Origin: Nemertoderma westbladi
Taxonomy: Eukaryota > Animalia > Xenacoelomorpha
Direction: 5' to 3'
DNA length: 33,852 nt
NCBI GenBank assembly: GCA_032718475.1
Contig: JAUCBJ010007703.1
Span: forward strand, 1 to 33,852
The notes under the pieces were generated by a model that did not search any database, had not been told where the DNA came from, and saw only the letters and a program-made list of their open reading frames with translations. Of the stretch, positions 11,722-22,824 are shown one piece after another; within the stretch, counting starts at the first letter, position 1, and every line of letters begins with the position of its first letter. The translations under genes were made by a program, and so were the position numbers.

Positions 11722-11905
11722 AGGAGTAGCACCCACCCCTACCTTAGGGTAGCAGATAGGAGTAGCGCCCACACCTACCTTCGGGTATCAGATAGGAGTA
11801 GCAGCCACCCCTACCTTCGGGTAGCAGATAGGAGTAGCGCCCACACCTACCTTCGGGTATCAGATAGGAATAGCGCCCACCACTACCTTAGGGTAGCAGA
11901 TAGGA
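11722..11905. repeat. 36-bp minisatellite, block 2 (~5 copies)
   Basis: Same unit as 8673-9258. Confidence 0.92.
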
Positions 11906-12396
11906 TTAGCCTCCCAACTAAACCCGGGGAGCGAATTGACGGACTCTGGGAGTCCACTGGCCTCCCAACTAAATCCAGGGAGCCACAGCAGCACCAGGAC
12001 TAGCACATGGGAAGAAATAATAAAGCGCTTTAGTAATAGTTCAAATAACTCAAAGGGACAAACAAATATTCAGGAGAATATAATTGGCTCGTGTAAAAAA
12101 GCTACAGCTCCAACAATATCCAAGTAAATGACACCTTCATGTCATTTTCATATTTGAATTCATAATCTAGAACTATGTGTGATTGTGTTATTTTTAGCAA
12201 TTGACTTATCGCCCCTACCACTTGGTAATTGTTCTATATTATATAACTGAAATTTTGTGACCGGGTTGTGTTTATAAATATTTAATGTTTAAACATTTCA
12301 ATTCCCTTTTAATGCGGTTTACGAATTTTATTATGAATTTATTGTTGATCAAATAAATGCCAGCTAGTCTGGTGATGCGCGCGTTGCGCGATAAAC

Positions 12397-12706
12397 TAGC
12401 GCCCTGCCCCTGCAGATAGGAGTAGCGCCCACCCCTGCCTTGGGGTAGCAGATAGGAGTAGCGCCCTCCCCTGCCTTGGGGTAGCAGATAGGAGTAGCGC
12501 CCACCCCTACCTTAGGGTAGCAGATAGGAGTAGCGCCCTCCTCCCCTACCTTAGGGTAGCAGATAGGAGTAGCGCCCACCCCTACCTTAGGGTAGCAGAT
12601 AGGAGTAGCAACCACCCATCCCATACCTTTGGGTAGCAGATAGGAGTAGCACCCACTCTTATCTTCGGGTATCATATAGGAGTAGCGCCCAGCCCTACCT
12701 TCGGGT
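12397..12706. repeat. 36-bp minisatellite, block 3 (~8 copies)
   Basis: Same unit, more diverged. Confidence 0.92.
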
Positions 12707-15165
12707 GATCTTGCGCTGAATGGGCTGCCCCAGGTAAAGAAAATCGTAGACGATATAATAGACGATAAAATCAGCGAGTATCCGACCCCATTAAATATCA
12801 CAGACTTGCAAAGTTTTATGGGGCTGGTCAACCAGCTAGGTTACTTCTCAAGTGAGATTTCAACTACGGCAACACCCCTGCGAGACCTACTACGTGTATG
12901 TACCGCATTTGTATGGACTAGAAACCATGAAGATGCTTTCAACGCCACTAAGGCGGCTCTCGTGAGTCCTCCCGTACTGGCATCATTCGATGCCAGCTTA
13001 CCAACACGCCTCGAGACCGATGCGAGTCGCCTCCATGGACTTGGGTACGATCTACTCCAATGCCATAACGACGACTGGTGGCTTCTCGCATGCGGGAGTA
13101 GATTCCTAAGGGACCCGGAGACACGTTACGCCACTATCGAGTTGGAGTGCATAGCGATACAATACACAATAAAAAAATGCCGTATCTACTTGGCCAGATT
13201 CCGGCATTCACCGTTGTGACAGATCACCGACCACTCCTTGGAATTTTCAACTCGTATAACCTCGACCAAGTCGAGAACAGGAAAATTCAGAAAATGAAAG
13301 CAGAATTACAATCCTGCTACACTTTCACCATTGCCTGGCAGAAGGGGAAGATCCACTGGATTGCTGACGCTTTGAGCCGGGCTCCCGTTGACCTCACTCC
13401 GGACGATCCCGAGGACGAAACGCCACCCATTGTAGCGATGATAGTGGCAAAGCTCCAACAGGAAGAAACTTTGCATTCCTCGGAAGTGGTTAATAAACCC
13501 ACTCAAAGTGCATAACTCGCGCCGGACTCACACGATGAACTCGTGGAGTAACTGCGGGTAGCAGCGCACGAGGATCCGGAATACTGTGAACTCTTGGAGT
13601 GCATACGAACTGGCAACCGTAATGTTCCCACAACGCTGGCAGTGCAGCAATACCGTTAAATTATCTACAACCTGTCGATATACTTCGACCTTGTGTTATA
13701 TGATCCTGCGGAATGTTATGAGTGAATGAATCTGTTATGAGATCCTGTGGAAACTCCACGCTCCCCATCCCATCTCGGAATTACCCGAACTAAACAGCGG
13801 GCTCGCACTACAGTTTACTGGCCTGGAATCAATGCGGACATCGAACGCGCCGTGGGCCATTGCCACGCGTGCCAAGGGTACCTGCCCAGTCTTCCCAAGG
13901 AGACCCTGATGGCAGATGCCATCCCCACGCGTCTCTTTGTGTCAGCTTCCTCGGATCTATTCACCCTCGCGGGTAAACATTTCGTAGTATACACCGCCAG
14001 ACTGCCTGGCTATACCCTGTCGTGTTAGAGTGGCGGAATGACCCCACTGCACAACAGTGCGTCGACGACATATGACGTTTCTTTGTAGACCTCGGGGTCC
14101 CCTACGTTTGGCGTACAGACGGTGGCCCACAATATGCTGCTGATGTATTCCAGCGCTTCCTCAAAGAGTGGGGTGTGCGCTGGGAGGATAGCACGCCACA
14201 CTTCCCTAGCAGCAATGGCCATGCTGAGGCCAGATTTAAAATGCTGCTTAGGAAGGTGCAACACCCTGACATACGCTCTGAAGATTTCCAACGCGGGAGG
14301 TTGGAACTAAGAAACACGCCACGCGCGAATGGGCGATCGCCCAATGAAACGGTGTTTGGACGACGTCTGCGAACTACAATCCCCGCCCACCACAACCATT
14401 ATAAACAACAGTGGCAAGCGGAAGCGGACACAGTGGATAAACGCACGGAAACACAGCGCGGTAGGGCTGTGGAGTTCTATAACCGGTCTGCACATGACCT
14501 CCCTCGCATTGCCGTAGGCGATACGGTCCGCATACAGGACCCCCAGTCCAAAAGGTGGACGCGCATGCCGCATAGGACTGGTAGTGGAGGCTGGCCGGCG
14601 ACGTGATTATCGCGTGAAACTCAATTCTGGCCGGACATGGTGGCGAAACCGCCGCTTCATCAGACGATATCACTCCCCACCACCAGGGGGCGCTTCAAAA
14701 CCTCAGACCAAACCATCATCATCAGATGAACCGGACATACCAAACAATTTCGAAACAGAAAGTAAATCGGCTCTCAGGAAGGCCTATCCCATGCGTCCCA
14801 GTACACTGGCCCAGCGTAAGACAGTGCAGTGCATTGGGACATCAACGACCAAAACGCCACACCATAATGCGTTTCGATCGCGGAGGAAAAAGGGGTGTGA
14901 TATCCAGTTTGGACGGAGGCCTCAATAACTGAGGTGTGCGGCCTGCCCGAGAGACCTGGGATACTATACTGCTGTACTGATGTAATCTTTATTAACTGGG
15001 TACAATACCCTACACCGCAGCACCGGTACACTGGTACTAAACGGCCGCTGCGGCCCTAACTAGGTGGTGGTCCTGGAATATTAATTATTGTTCTATAATA
15101 TACATATATCTTTGTATTGCTCAATATAATGCAGTAAGGACGAATGAGATATTAAACCATTCACA
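12705..15165 (+). mobile_element. 5'-deleted, degenerate Ty3/Gypsy LTR retrotransposon (RT-RNaseH-integrase, PPT, 3' LTR)
   Basis: RT core GDLALNGLPQVKKIVDDII and thumb TDLQSFMGLVNQLG; RNase H LETDAS...ETRYATIELE...TDHRPL...ADALSR; integrase HLGITRTKQRAR..VYWPG..CHAC and STPHFPSSNGHAE. Multiple stops and frameshifts. The RT-RH-INT order is Gypsy-type. Confidence 0.92.
14896..15165 (+). repeat. 3' LTR (270 bp), preceded by a polypurine tract
   Basis: PPT ggaggaaaaagggg at 14882-14895; TGTGA...TCACA inverted ends; ATTAAA at 15151; the minisatellite resumes at 15166. Confidence 0.8.
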
Positions 15166-15283
15166 CAGATATGAGTTGCGCCCTCCTCCCCACACCACCC
15201 CCCCCCCCCCCCCCCCCCCCCCTACCGTCGGATAGCATATAGGAGTAGCTCCCACCCCGACCTTCGGGTAGCAGATATGAGTA
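15166..15283. repeat. 36-bp minisatellite, block 4 (degenerate, with a poly-C run)
   Basis: cagatatgagttgcgccc...ccttcgggtagcagat. Confidence 0.75.
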
Positions 15284-15297
15284 TTATGAGTATTTAA

Positions 15298-15530
15298 TTA
15301 AATATGTAATTCATTTAAAATATTTAATGTAATTCATACAAAATATTTAATGTAATTCGTACAAAATATTTAATGTAATTTATTCAAAATATTTAATATA
15401 ATTCGTACAAATATTTAATGTAATTCATACAAAATATTTAATGTAATTCATACAAAATATTTAATGTAATTCATACAAAATATTTAATGTAATTCATACA
15501 AAATATTTTATGTAATTCATACTAAATATT
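15298..15530. repeat. 23-bp AT-rich minisatellite (aaaatatttaatgtaattcatac), ~10 copies
   Basis: Directly visible period of 23 (e.g. 15431, 15454). Confidence 0.9.
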
Positions 15531-15866
15531 GAATTTATAAAATAGTTTATCAATAACAAAAAGTGGTTGCACATTTTCTGGAATTCATTGTAAACAGTTG
15601 GTAGACTTGTGATGGTCAAGCCACCAGATTTAACTGAGAGAGGTGAGACCAGGCTGACACGAAACTAGTCGGGGCTCAAATCTGTATCGGCAAATTCTAC
15701 AAATATATCTTAATTTCATTCAATAAATTTTCACTTTTGAAATTAAGTTTTGGCCCTACCCTGGACGAAACTAATCATAACTCTTTCAATAAGTATATAA
15801 TGTATCTGTCTCTCCTCATTAATGATCTCTGTCTCACAGTAATTCCCTGTTCTGTATCCTTTCCAG

Positions 15867-16070
15867 CAACCCGCGAACCATTGTGCCAGCAGACAGCCCA
15901 TCGCAAGGTCCTCGACAAACATCCCCTCCCTCCAGATTGTCCCCCCGGCATTACCGGTGTTCACGAACTCTTGCCTCACGTTCCTCTCAGCGGAATGATT
16001 AATAAAACCGGAGGGAAAGTCCGACTCACATTCAAGTTAGAGTTGGATCAGCTATGGATAGGAACCAAAG
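15867..16070 (+). CDS. UBFD1: UBFD1 exon 4
   Basis: tcctttccag|CA acceptor; REPLCQQTAHRKVLDK...VPLSGMINKTGGKVRLTFKLELDQLWIGTK matches recalled UBFD1 KEPLCRQKQHRKVLDK...VPLSGMYNKSGGKVRLTFKLEQDQLWIGTK; AAG|gtgagt donor, phase 1. Confidence 0.95.
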
Positions 16071-19000
16071 GTGAGTTAGAGTTGGATCAGCTAATAGGAA
16101 CCAAAGGTGAGTTAGAGTTGGATCAGCTGTGGATATGAACCAAAGGTGAGTTAGAGTTGGATCAGCTATGGATAGGAACCAAAGGTGAGTTAGAGTTGGA
16201 TCAGCTGTGGATAGGAACCAAAGAGTTGGATCAGCTGTGGATAGGAACCAAAGGTGAGTCCGGGTTGGATCAGCTATGGATAGGAACCAAAGGTGAGTTA
16301 GAGTTGGATCAGCTAATAGGAACCAAAGGTGAGTTAGAGTTGGATCAGCTATGGATAGGAACCAAAGGTGAGTTAGAGTTGGATCAGCTATGGATAGGAA
16401 CCAAAGGTGAGTTAGAGTTGGATCAGCTGTGGATAGGAACCAAAGGTGAGTTAGAGTTGGATCAGCTGTGGATATGAACCAAAGGTGAGTTAGAGTTGGA
16501 TCAGCTATGGATAGGAACCAAAGGTGAGTCCGAGTTGGATCAGCTATGGATAGGAACCAAAGGTGAGTCCGAGTTGGATCAGCTGTGGATAGGAACCAAA
16601 GGTGAGTTAGAGTTGGATCAGCTAATAGGAACCAAAGGTGAGTTTGAGTTGGATCAGCTGTGGATAGGAACCAAAGGTGAGTCCGAGTTGGATCAGCTAT
16701 GGATAGGAACCAAAGGTGAGTCCGAGTTGGATCAGCTATGGATAGGAACCAAAGGTGAGTTAGAGTTGGATCAGCTAATAGGAACCAAAGGTGAGTTAGA
16801 GTTGGATCAGCTATGGATATGAACCAAAGGTGAGTTAGAGTTGGATCAGCTATGGATAGGAACCAAAGGTGAGTTAGAGTTGGATCAGCTAATAGGAACC
16901 AAAGGTGAGTTAGAGTTGGATCAGCTGTGGATAGGAACCAAAGGTGAGTTAGAGTTGGATCAGCTAATAGGAACCAAAGGTGAGTTAGAGTTGGATCAGC
17001 TAATAGGAACCAAAGGTGAGTTAGAGTTGGATCAGCTATGGATATGAACCAAAGGTGAGTTAGAGTTGGATCAGCTATGGATAGGAACCAAAGGTGAGTT
17101 AGAGTTGGATCAGCTAATAGGAACCAAAGGTGAGTTAGAGTTGGATCAGCTGTGGATAGGAACCAAAGGTGAGTCCGAGTTGGATCAGCTATGGATAGGA
17201 ACCAAAGGTGAGTCCGAGTTGGATCAGCTATGGATAGGAACCAAAGGTGAGTTAGAGTTGGATCAGCTAATAGGAACCAAAGGTGAGTTAGAGTTGGATC
17301 AGCTAATAGGAACCAAAGGTGAGTTAGAGTTGGATCAGCTATGGATATGAACCAAAGGTGAGTTAGAGTTGGATCAGCTATGGATAGGAACCAAAGGTGA
17401 GTTAGAGTTGGATCAGCTAATAGGAACCAAAGGTGAGTTAGAGTTGGATTAGCTAATAGGAACCAAAGGTGAGTTAGAGTTGGATCAGCTAATAGGAACC
17501 AAAGGTGAGTTAGAGTTGGATCAGCTAATAGGAACCAAAGGTGAGTTAGAGTTGGATCAGCTAATAGGAACCAAAGGTGAGTTAGAGTTGGATCAGCTAT
17601 GGATATGAACCAAAGGTGAGTTAGAGTTGGATCAGCTATGGATAGGAACCAAAGGTGAGTCCGAGTTGGATCAGCTATGGATATGAACCAAAGGTGAGTT
17701 AGAGTTGGATCAGCTATGGATAGGAACCAAAGGTGAGTTAGAGTTGGATCAGCTAATAGGAACCAAAGGTGAGTTAGAGTTGGATCAGCTGTGGATAGGA
17801 ACCAAAGGTGAGTCCGAGTTGGATCAGCTATGGATAGGAACCAAAGGTGAGTCCGAGTTGGATCAGCTATGGATAGGAACCAAAGGTGAGTTAGAGTTGG
17901 ATCAGCTAATAGGAACCAAAGGTGAGTTAGAGTTGGATCAGCTAATAGGAACCAAAGGTGAGTTAGAGTTGGATCAGCTATGGATATGAACCAAAGGTGA
18001 GTTAGAGTTGGATCAGCTATGGATAGGAACCAAAGGTGAGTTAGAGTTGGATAAGCTAATAGGAACCAAAGGTGAGTTAGAGTTGGATCAGCTAATAGGA
18101 ACCAAAGGTGAGTTAGAGTTGGATCAGCTAATAGGAACCAAAGGTGAGTTAGAGTTGGATCAGCTATGGATAGGAACCAAAGGTGAGTTAGAGTTGGATC
18201 AGCTATGGATAGGAACCAAAGGTGAGTTAGAGTTGGATCAGCTATGGATAGGAACCAAAGGTGAGTTAGAGTTGGATCAGCTATGGATAGGAACCAAAGG
18301 TGAGTCCGAGTTGGATCAGCTATGGATAGGAACCAAAGGTGAGTCCGAGTTGGATCAGCTATGGATAGGAACCAAAGGTGAGTTAGAGTTGGATCAGCAA
18401 ATAGGAACCAAAGGTGAGTTAGAGTTGGATCAGCTAATAGGAACCAAAGGTGAGTTAGAGTTGGATCAGCTATGGATAGGAACCAAAGGTGAGTTAGAGT
18501 TGGATCAGCTATGGATAGGAACCAAAGGATCAGCTATGGATAGGAACCAAAGGTGAGTTAGAGTTGGATCAGCTATGGATAGGAACCAAAGGATCAGCTA
18601 TGGATAGGAACCAAAGGTGAGTTAGAGTTGGATCAGCTAATAGGAACCAAAGGTGAGTTAGAGTTGGATCAGCTAATAGGAACCAAAGGTGAGTTAGAGT
18701 TGGATCAGCTATGGATAGGAACCAAAGGTGAGTTAGAGTTGGATCAGCTAATAGGAACCAAAGGTGAGTCCGAGTTGGATCAGCTATGGATAGGAACCAA
18801 AGGTGAGTTAGAGTTGGATCAACTATGGATAGGAACCAAAGGTGAGTTAGAGTTGGATCAGCTAATAGGAACCAAAGTTGAGTTAGAGTTGGATCAGCTA
18901 TGGATAGGAACCAAAGGTGAGTTAGAGTTGGATCAGCTATGGATAGGAACCAAAGTTGAGTTAGAGTTGGATCAGCTAATAGGAACCAAAAGTGAGTTAG

Positions 19001-22000
19001 AGTTGGATCAGCTAATAGGAACCAAAGGTGAGTCCGAGTTGGATCAGCTATGGATAGGAACCAAAGGTGAGTCCGAGTTGGATCAGCTGTGGATAGGAAC
19101 CAAAGTTGAGTCCGAGTTGGATCAGCTATGGATAGGAACCAATGGTGAGTTAGAGTTGGATCAGCTAATAGGAACCAAAGGTGAGTCCGAGTTGGATCAG
19201 CTATGGATAGGAACCAAAGGTGAGTCCGAGTTGGATCAGCTAATAGGAACCAAAGGTGAGTTAGAGTTGGATCAGCTAATAGGAACCAAAGGTGAGTCCG
19301 AGTTGGATCAGCTATGGATAGGAACCAAAGGTGAGTCCGAGTTGGATCAGCTATGGATAGGAACCAAAGGTGAGTCCGAGTTGGATCAGCTATGGATAGG
19401 AACCAAAGGTGAGTCCGAGTTGGATCAGCTGTGGATAGGAACCAAAGGTGAGTTAGAGTTGGATCAGCTAATAGGAACCAAAGGTGAGTTAGAGTTGGAT
19501 CAGCTAATAGGAACCAAAGGTGAGTTAGAGTTGGATCAGCTGTGGATAGGAACCAAAGGTGAGTCCGAGTTGGATCAGCTATGGATAGGAACCAAAGGTG
19601 AGTCCGAGTTGGATCAGCTAATAGGAACCAAAGGTGAGTTAGAGTTGGATCAGCTGTGGATAGGAACCAAAGGTGAGTCCGAGTTGGATCAGCTATGGAT
19701 AGGAACCAAAGGTGAGTTAGAGTTGGATAAGCTAATAGGAACCAAAGGTGAGTTAGAGTTGGATCAGCTAATAGGAACCAAAGGTGAGTTAGAGTTGGAT
19801 CAGCTATGGATAGGAACCAAAGGTGAGTCCGAGTTGGATCAGCTAATAGGAACCAAAGGTGAGTTAGAGTTAGATCAGCTAATAGGAACCAAAGGTGAGT
19901 CCGAGTTGGATCAGCTATGGATAGGAACCAAAGGTGAGTCCGAGTTGGATCAGCTATGGATAGGAACCAAAGGTGAGTTAGAGTTGGATCAGCTAATAGG
20001 AACCAAAGGTGAGTTAGAGTTGGATCAGCTGTGGATAGGAACCAAAGGTGAGTCCGAGTTGGATCAGCTATGGATAGGAACCAAAGGTGAGTTAGAGTTG
20101 TTCAGCTAATAGGAACCAAAGGTGAGTTAGAGTTGGATCAGCTAATAGGAACCAAAGGTGAGTTAGAGTTGGATCAGCTATGGATAGGAACCAAAGGTGA
20201 GTCCGAGTTGGATCAGCTAATAGGAACCAAAGGTGAGTTAGAGTTGGATCAGCTATGGATAGGAACCAAAGGTGAGTCCGAGTTGGATCAGTTGCGGATA
20301 GGAACCAAAGGTGAGTCCGAGTTGGATCAGCTATGGATAGGAACCAAAGGTGAGTCCGAGTTGGATCAGCTATGGATAGGAACCAAAGGTGAGTCCGAGT
20401 TGGATCAGCTATGGATAGGAACCAAAGGTGAGTTAGAGTTGGATCAGCTAATAGGAACCAAAGGTGAGTTAGGTAAGGTCCGATTATTTAGAGCATCAGT
20501 AGTTCCAGTACTCCTCTACGGGAGTCCATGCTGGGCTCTAACTGCTGAGGACACCAAATCTCTGGATGGCACATTCACAAGAATGCTACGCCGGGTTCAT
20601 TGTATCAAGTACAATGCACACATCTCCAACCAGACACTATATAACATTGGAGGTGTCTCATTGGTTCCCCCAAGCTTGACACTAGAACAAAATCGCCTCC
20701 GCTTTGCAGGACATTGCTTTCGCCGTGAGGACCAGCCAGTGCATAATCTTGTACTTTGGCAGCCTCATGGAGTGAATAAGCATGGTGGACAGCCCATGAC
20801 TTTCTTGAGACGCATCTTAAAGGACACTGGCCTTAAAGATGCGGATGATCTAGCAAATGTCATGGGTGATAGGGAGTTGTGGCGGTGCAATTTTGTTGAC
20901 AAGCCGGCACATCATTCTTAAAAATGCAGCTGCAATGCAGCATGCCGATCCTAGTAGTAGTAGTACCAAAGGTGAGTTAGAGTTGGATCAGCTAATAGGA
21001 ACCAAAGGTGAGTTAGAGTTGGATCAGCTATGGATAGGAACCAAAGGTGAGTTAGAGTTGGATCAGCTATGGATAGGAACCAAAGGTGAGTTAGAGTTGG
21101 ATCAGCTAATAGGAACCAAAGGTGAGTTAGAGTTGGATCAGCTGTGGATAGGAACCAAAGGTGAGTCCGAGTTGGATCAGCTATGGATATGAACCAAAGG
21201 TGAGTCCGAGTTGGATCAGCTGTGGATAGGAACCAAACGTGAGTTAGAGTTGGATCAGCTAATAGGAACCAAAGGTGAGTTAGAGTTGGATCAGCTATGG
21301 ATAGGAACCAAAGGTGAGTTAGAGTTGGATCAGCTATGGATAGGAACCAAAGGTGAGTTAGAGTTGGATCAGCTTTGGATAGGAACCAAAGGTGAGTTAG
21401 AGTTGGATCAGCTGTGGATAGGAACCAAAGGTGAGTCCGAGTTGGATCAGCTATGGATAGGAACCAAAGGTGAGTTAGAGTTGGATCAGCTATGGATAGG
21501 AACCAAAGGTGAGTCCGAGTTGGATCAGCTATGGATAGGAACCAAAGGTGAGTTAGAGTTGGATCAGCTATGGATAGGAACCAAAGGTGAGTTAGAGTTG
21601 GATCAGCTATGGATAGGAACCAAAGGTGAGTTAGAGTTGGATCAGCTATGGATAGGAACCAAAGGTGAGTTAGAGTTGGATCAGCTATGGATAGGAACCA
21701 AAGGTGAGTTAGGGTTGGATCAGCAAATAGGAACCAAAGGTGAGTTAGAGTTGGATCAGTTGCGGATAGGAACCAAAGGTGAGTCCGAGTTGGATCAGCT
21801 ATGGATAGGAACCAAAGGTGAGTTAGAGTTGGATCAGCTGTGGATAGGAACCAAAGGTGAGTTAGAGTTGGATCAGCTAATAGGAACCAAAGGTGAGTCC
21901 GAGTTGGATCAGTTGCGGATAGGAACCAAAGGTGAGTTAGAGTTGGATCAGCTGTGGATAGGAACCAAAGGTGAGTTAGAGTTAGATCAGCTATGGATAG

Positions 22001-22397
22001 GAACCAAAGGTGAGTTAGAGTTGGATCAGCTAATAGGAACCAAAGGTGAGTTAGAGTTGGATCAGCTATGGATAGGAACCAAAGGTGAGTTAGAGTTGGA
22101 TCAGCTATGGATAGGAACCAAAGGTGAGTTAGAGTTGGATCAGCTAATAGGAACCAAAGGTGAGTTAGAGTTGGATCAGCTAATAGGAACCAAAGGTGAG
22201 TCCGAGTTGGATCAGCTATGGATAGGAACCAAAGGTGAGTTAGAGTTGGATCAGCTGTGGATAGGAACCAAAGGTGAGTTAGAGTTGGATCAGCTGTGGA
22301 TATGAACCAAAGGTGAGTTAGAGTTGGATCAGCTGTGGATAGGAACCAAAGGTGAGTCCGAGTTGGATCAGTTGCGGATAGGAACCAAAGGTGAGTT
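16035..22397 (+). repeat. 39/36-bp tandem array (~150 units) of the UBFD1 exon-4 end plus its 5' splice site
   Basis: Unit agttagagttggatcagcta(tgg)ataggaaccaaag|gtg equals exon nt 16035-16070 plus the intron start. The last unit continues as gtgagttcgcg... into unique intron sequence. Confidence 0.97.
20473..20964 (+). mobile_element. 5'-truncated non-LTR retrotransposon (RTE-like), 492 bp
   Basis: Uninterrupted ORF C-terminus (VPVLLYGSPCW...FTRMLRR...RLRFAGHCFR...DRELWR; stop 20921), short 3' UTR, (TAG)n tail at 20952-20964; 16-bp TSD accaaaggtgagttag at 20457-20472 and 20965-20980. Confidence 0.88.
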
Positions 22398-22645
22398 CGC
22401 GAAATTAAATTTTTTCAGTATCAAAGTTATCATTTTGGACATAAACATTAATCCGGTCAAAAATAATTGATTATCCCAGGTGATTGGTATAGATACATTA
22501 GAGGTGGTAGGTGGTGCCTTTCCTGTCTACTAGAACTAGAGTGCTATGTATAAAGGCCCCAACGCGTGAGCCAAGCAGGACCATCTCCATGTGAATGGGG
22601 ATTGGGGAGAGCCATGTGATACGGATTATTTATATTTATTTCTAG

Positions 22646-22824
22646 AACGAACACAGAAGATTAATATGAGCAGTATATCTAATGTTGTCTCGGAGTCAAT
22701 AGAAGGACTGGAACGGTACCACATACTGGGAATTCAGTTGGGGCCAACAGAGGCTTCGAGATACTGGATATACTACGTACCCGCTCAATACGTAAACGCT
22801 ATACGGGCGACTATTATGGGTTAA
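22646..22824 (+). CDS. UBFD1: UBFD1 exon 5 (C-terminal domain, stop TAA)
   Basis: tttatttctag|AA acceptor (G+AA = Glu); ERTQKINMSSISNVVSESIEG...QLGPTEASRYWIYYVPAQYVNAI matches recalled UBFD1 ERTEKLPMGSIKNVVSEPIEG...QLGPTEASYYWVYWVPTQYVDAI. The spliced CDS totals 1233 nt = 410 aa plus stop. Confidence 0.95.

Noticed and set aside
20133-20921. UBFD1-repeat-LINE fusion protein
   Set aside because: The LINE ORF is in frame only locally. Upstream TGA stops and frameshifts disconnect it from exon 4, and the listed start is a TTG.
16157-22305. Long ORFs of (GELELDQLWIGTK)n as a repeat protein
   Set aside because: They are by-products of a 3n-length intronic array. UBFD1 homology jumps directly from 16070 to 22646, and the array has scattered stops and frameshifts.
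16071-22391. Canonical recursive-splicing (ratchet) sites at each AG|GT
   Set aside because: The AG is AAG preceded by purine-rich sequence with no polypyrimidine tract, unlike canonical recursive sites. Not excluded experimentally.
16035-22397. CRISPR array
   Set aside because: Units abut with no unique spacers, there are no cas genes, and the context is a spliceosomal intron.
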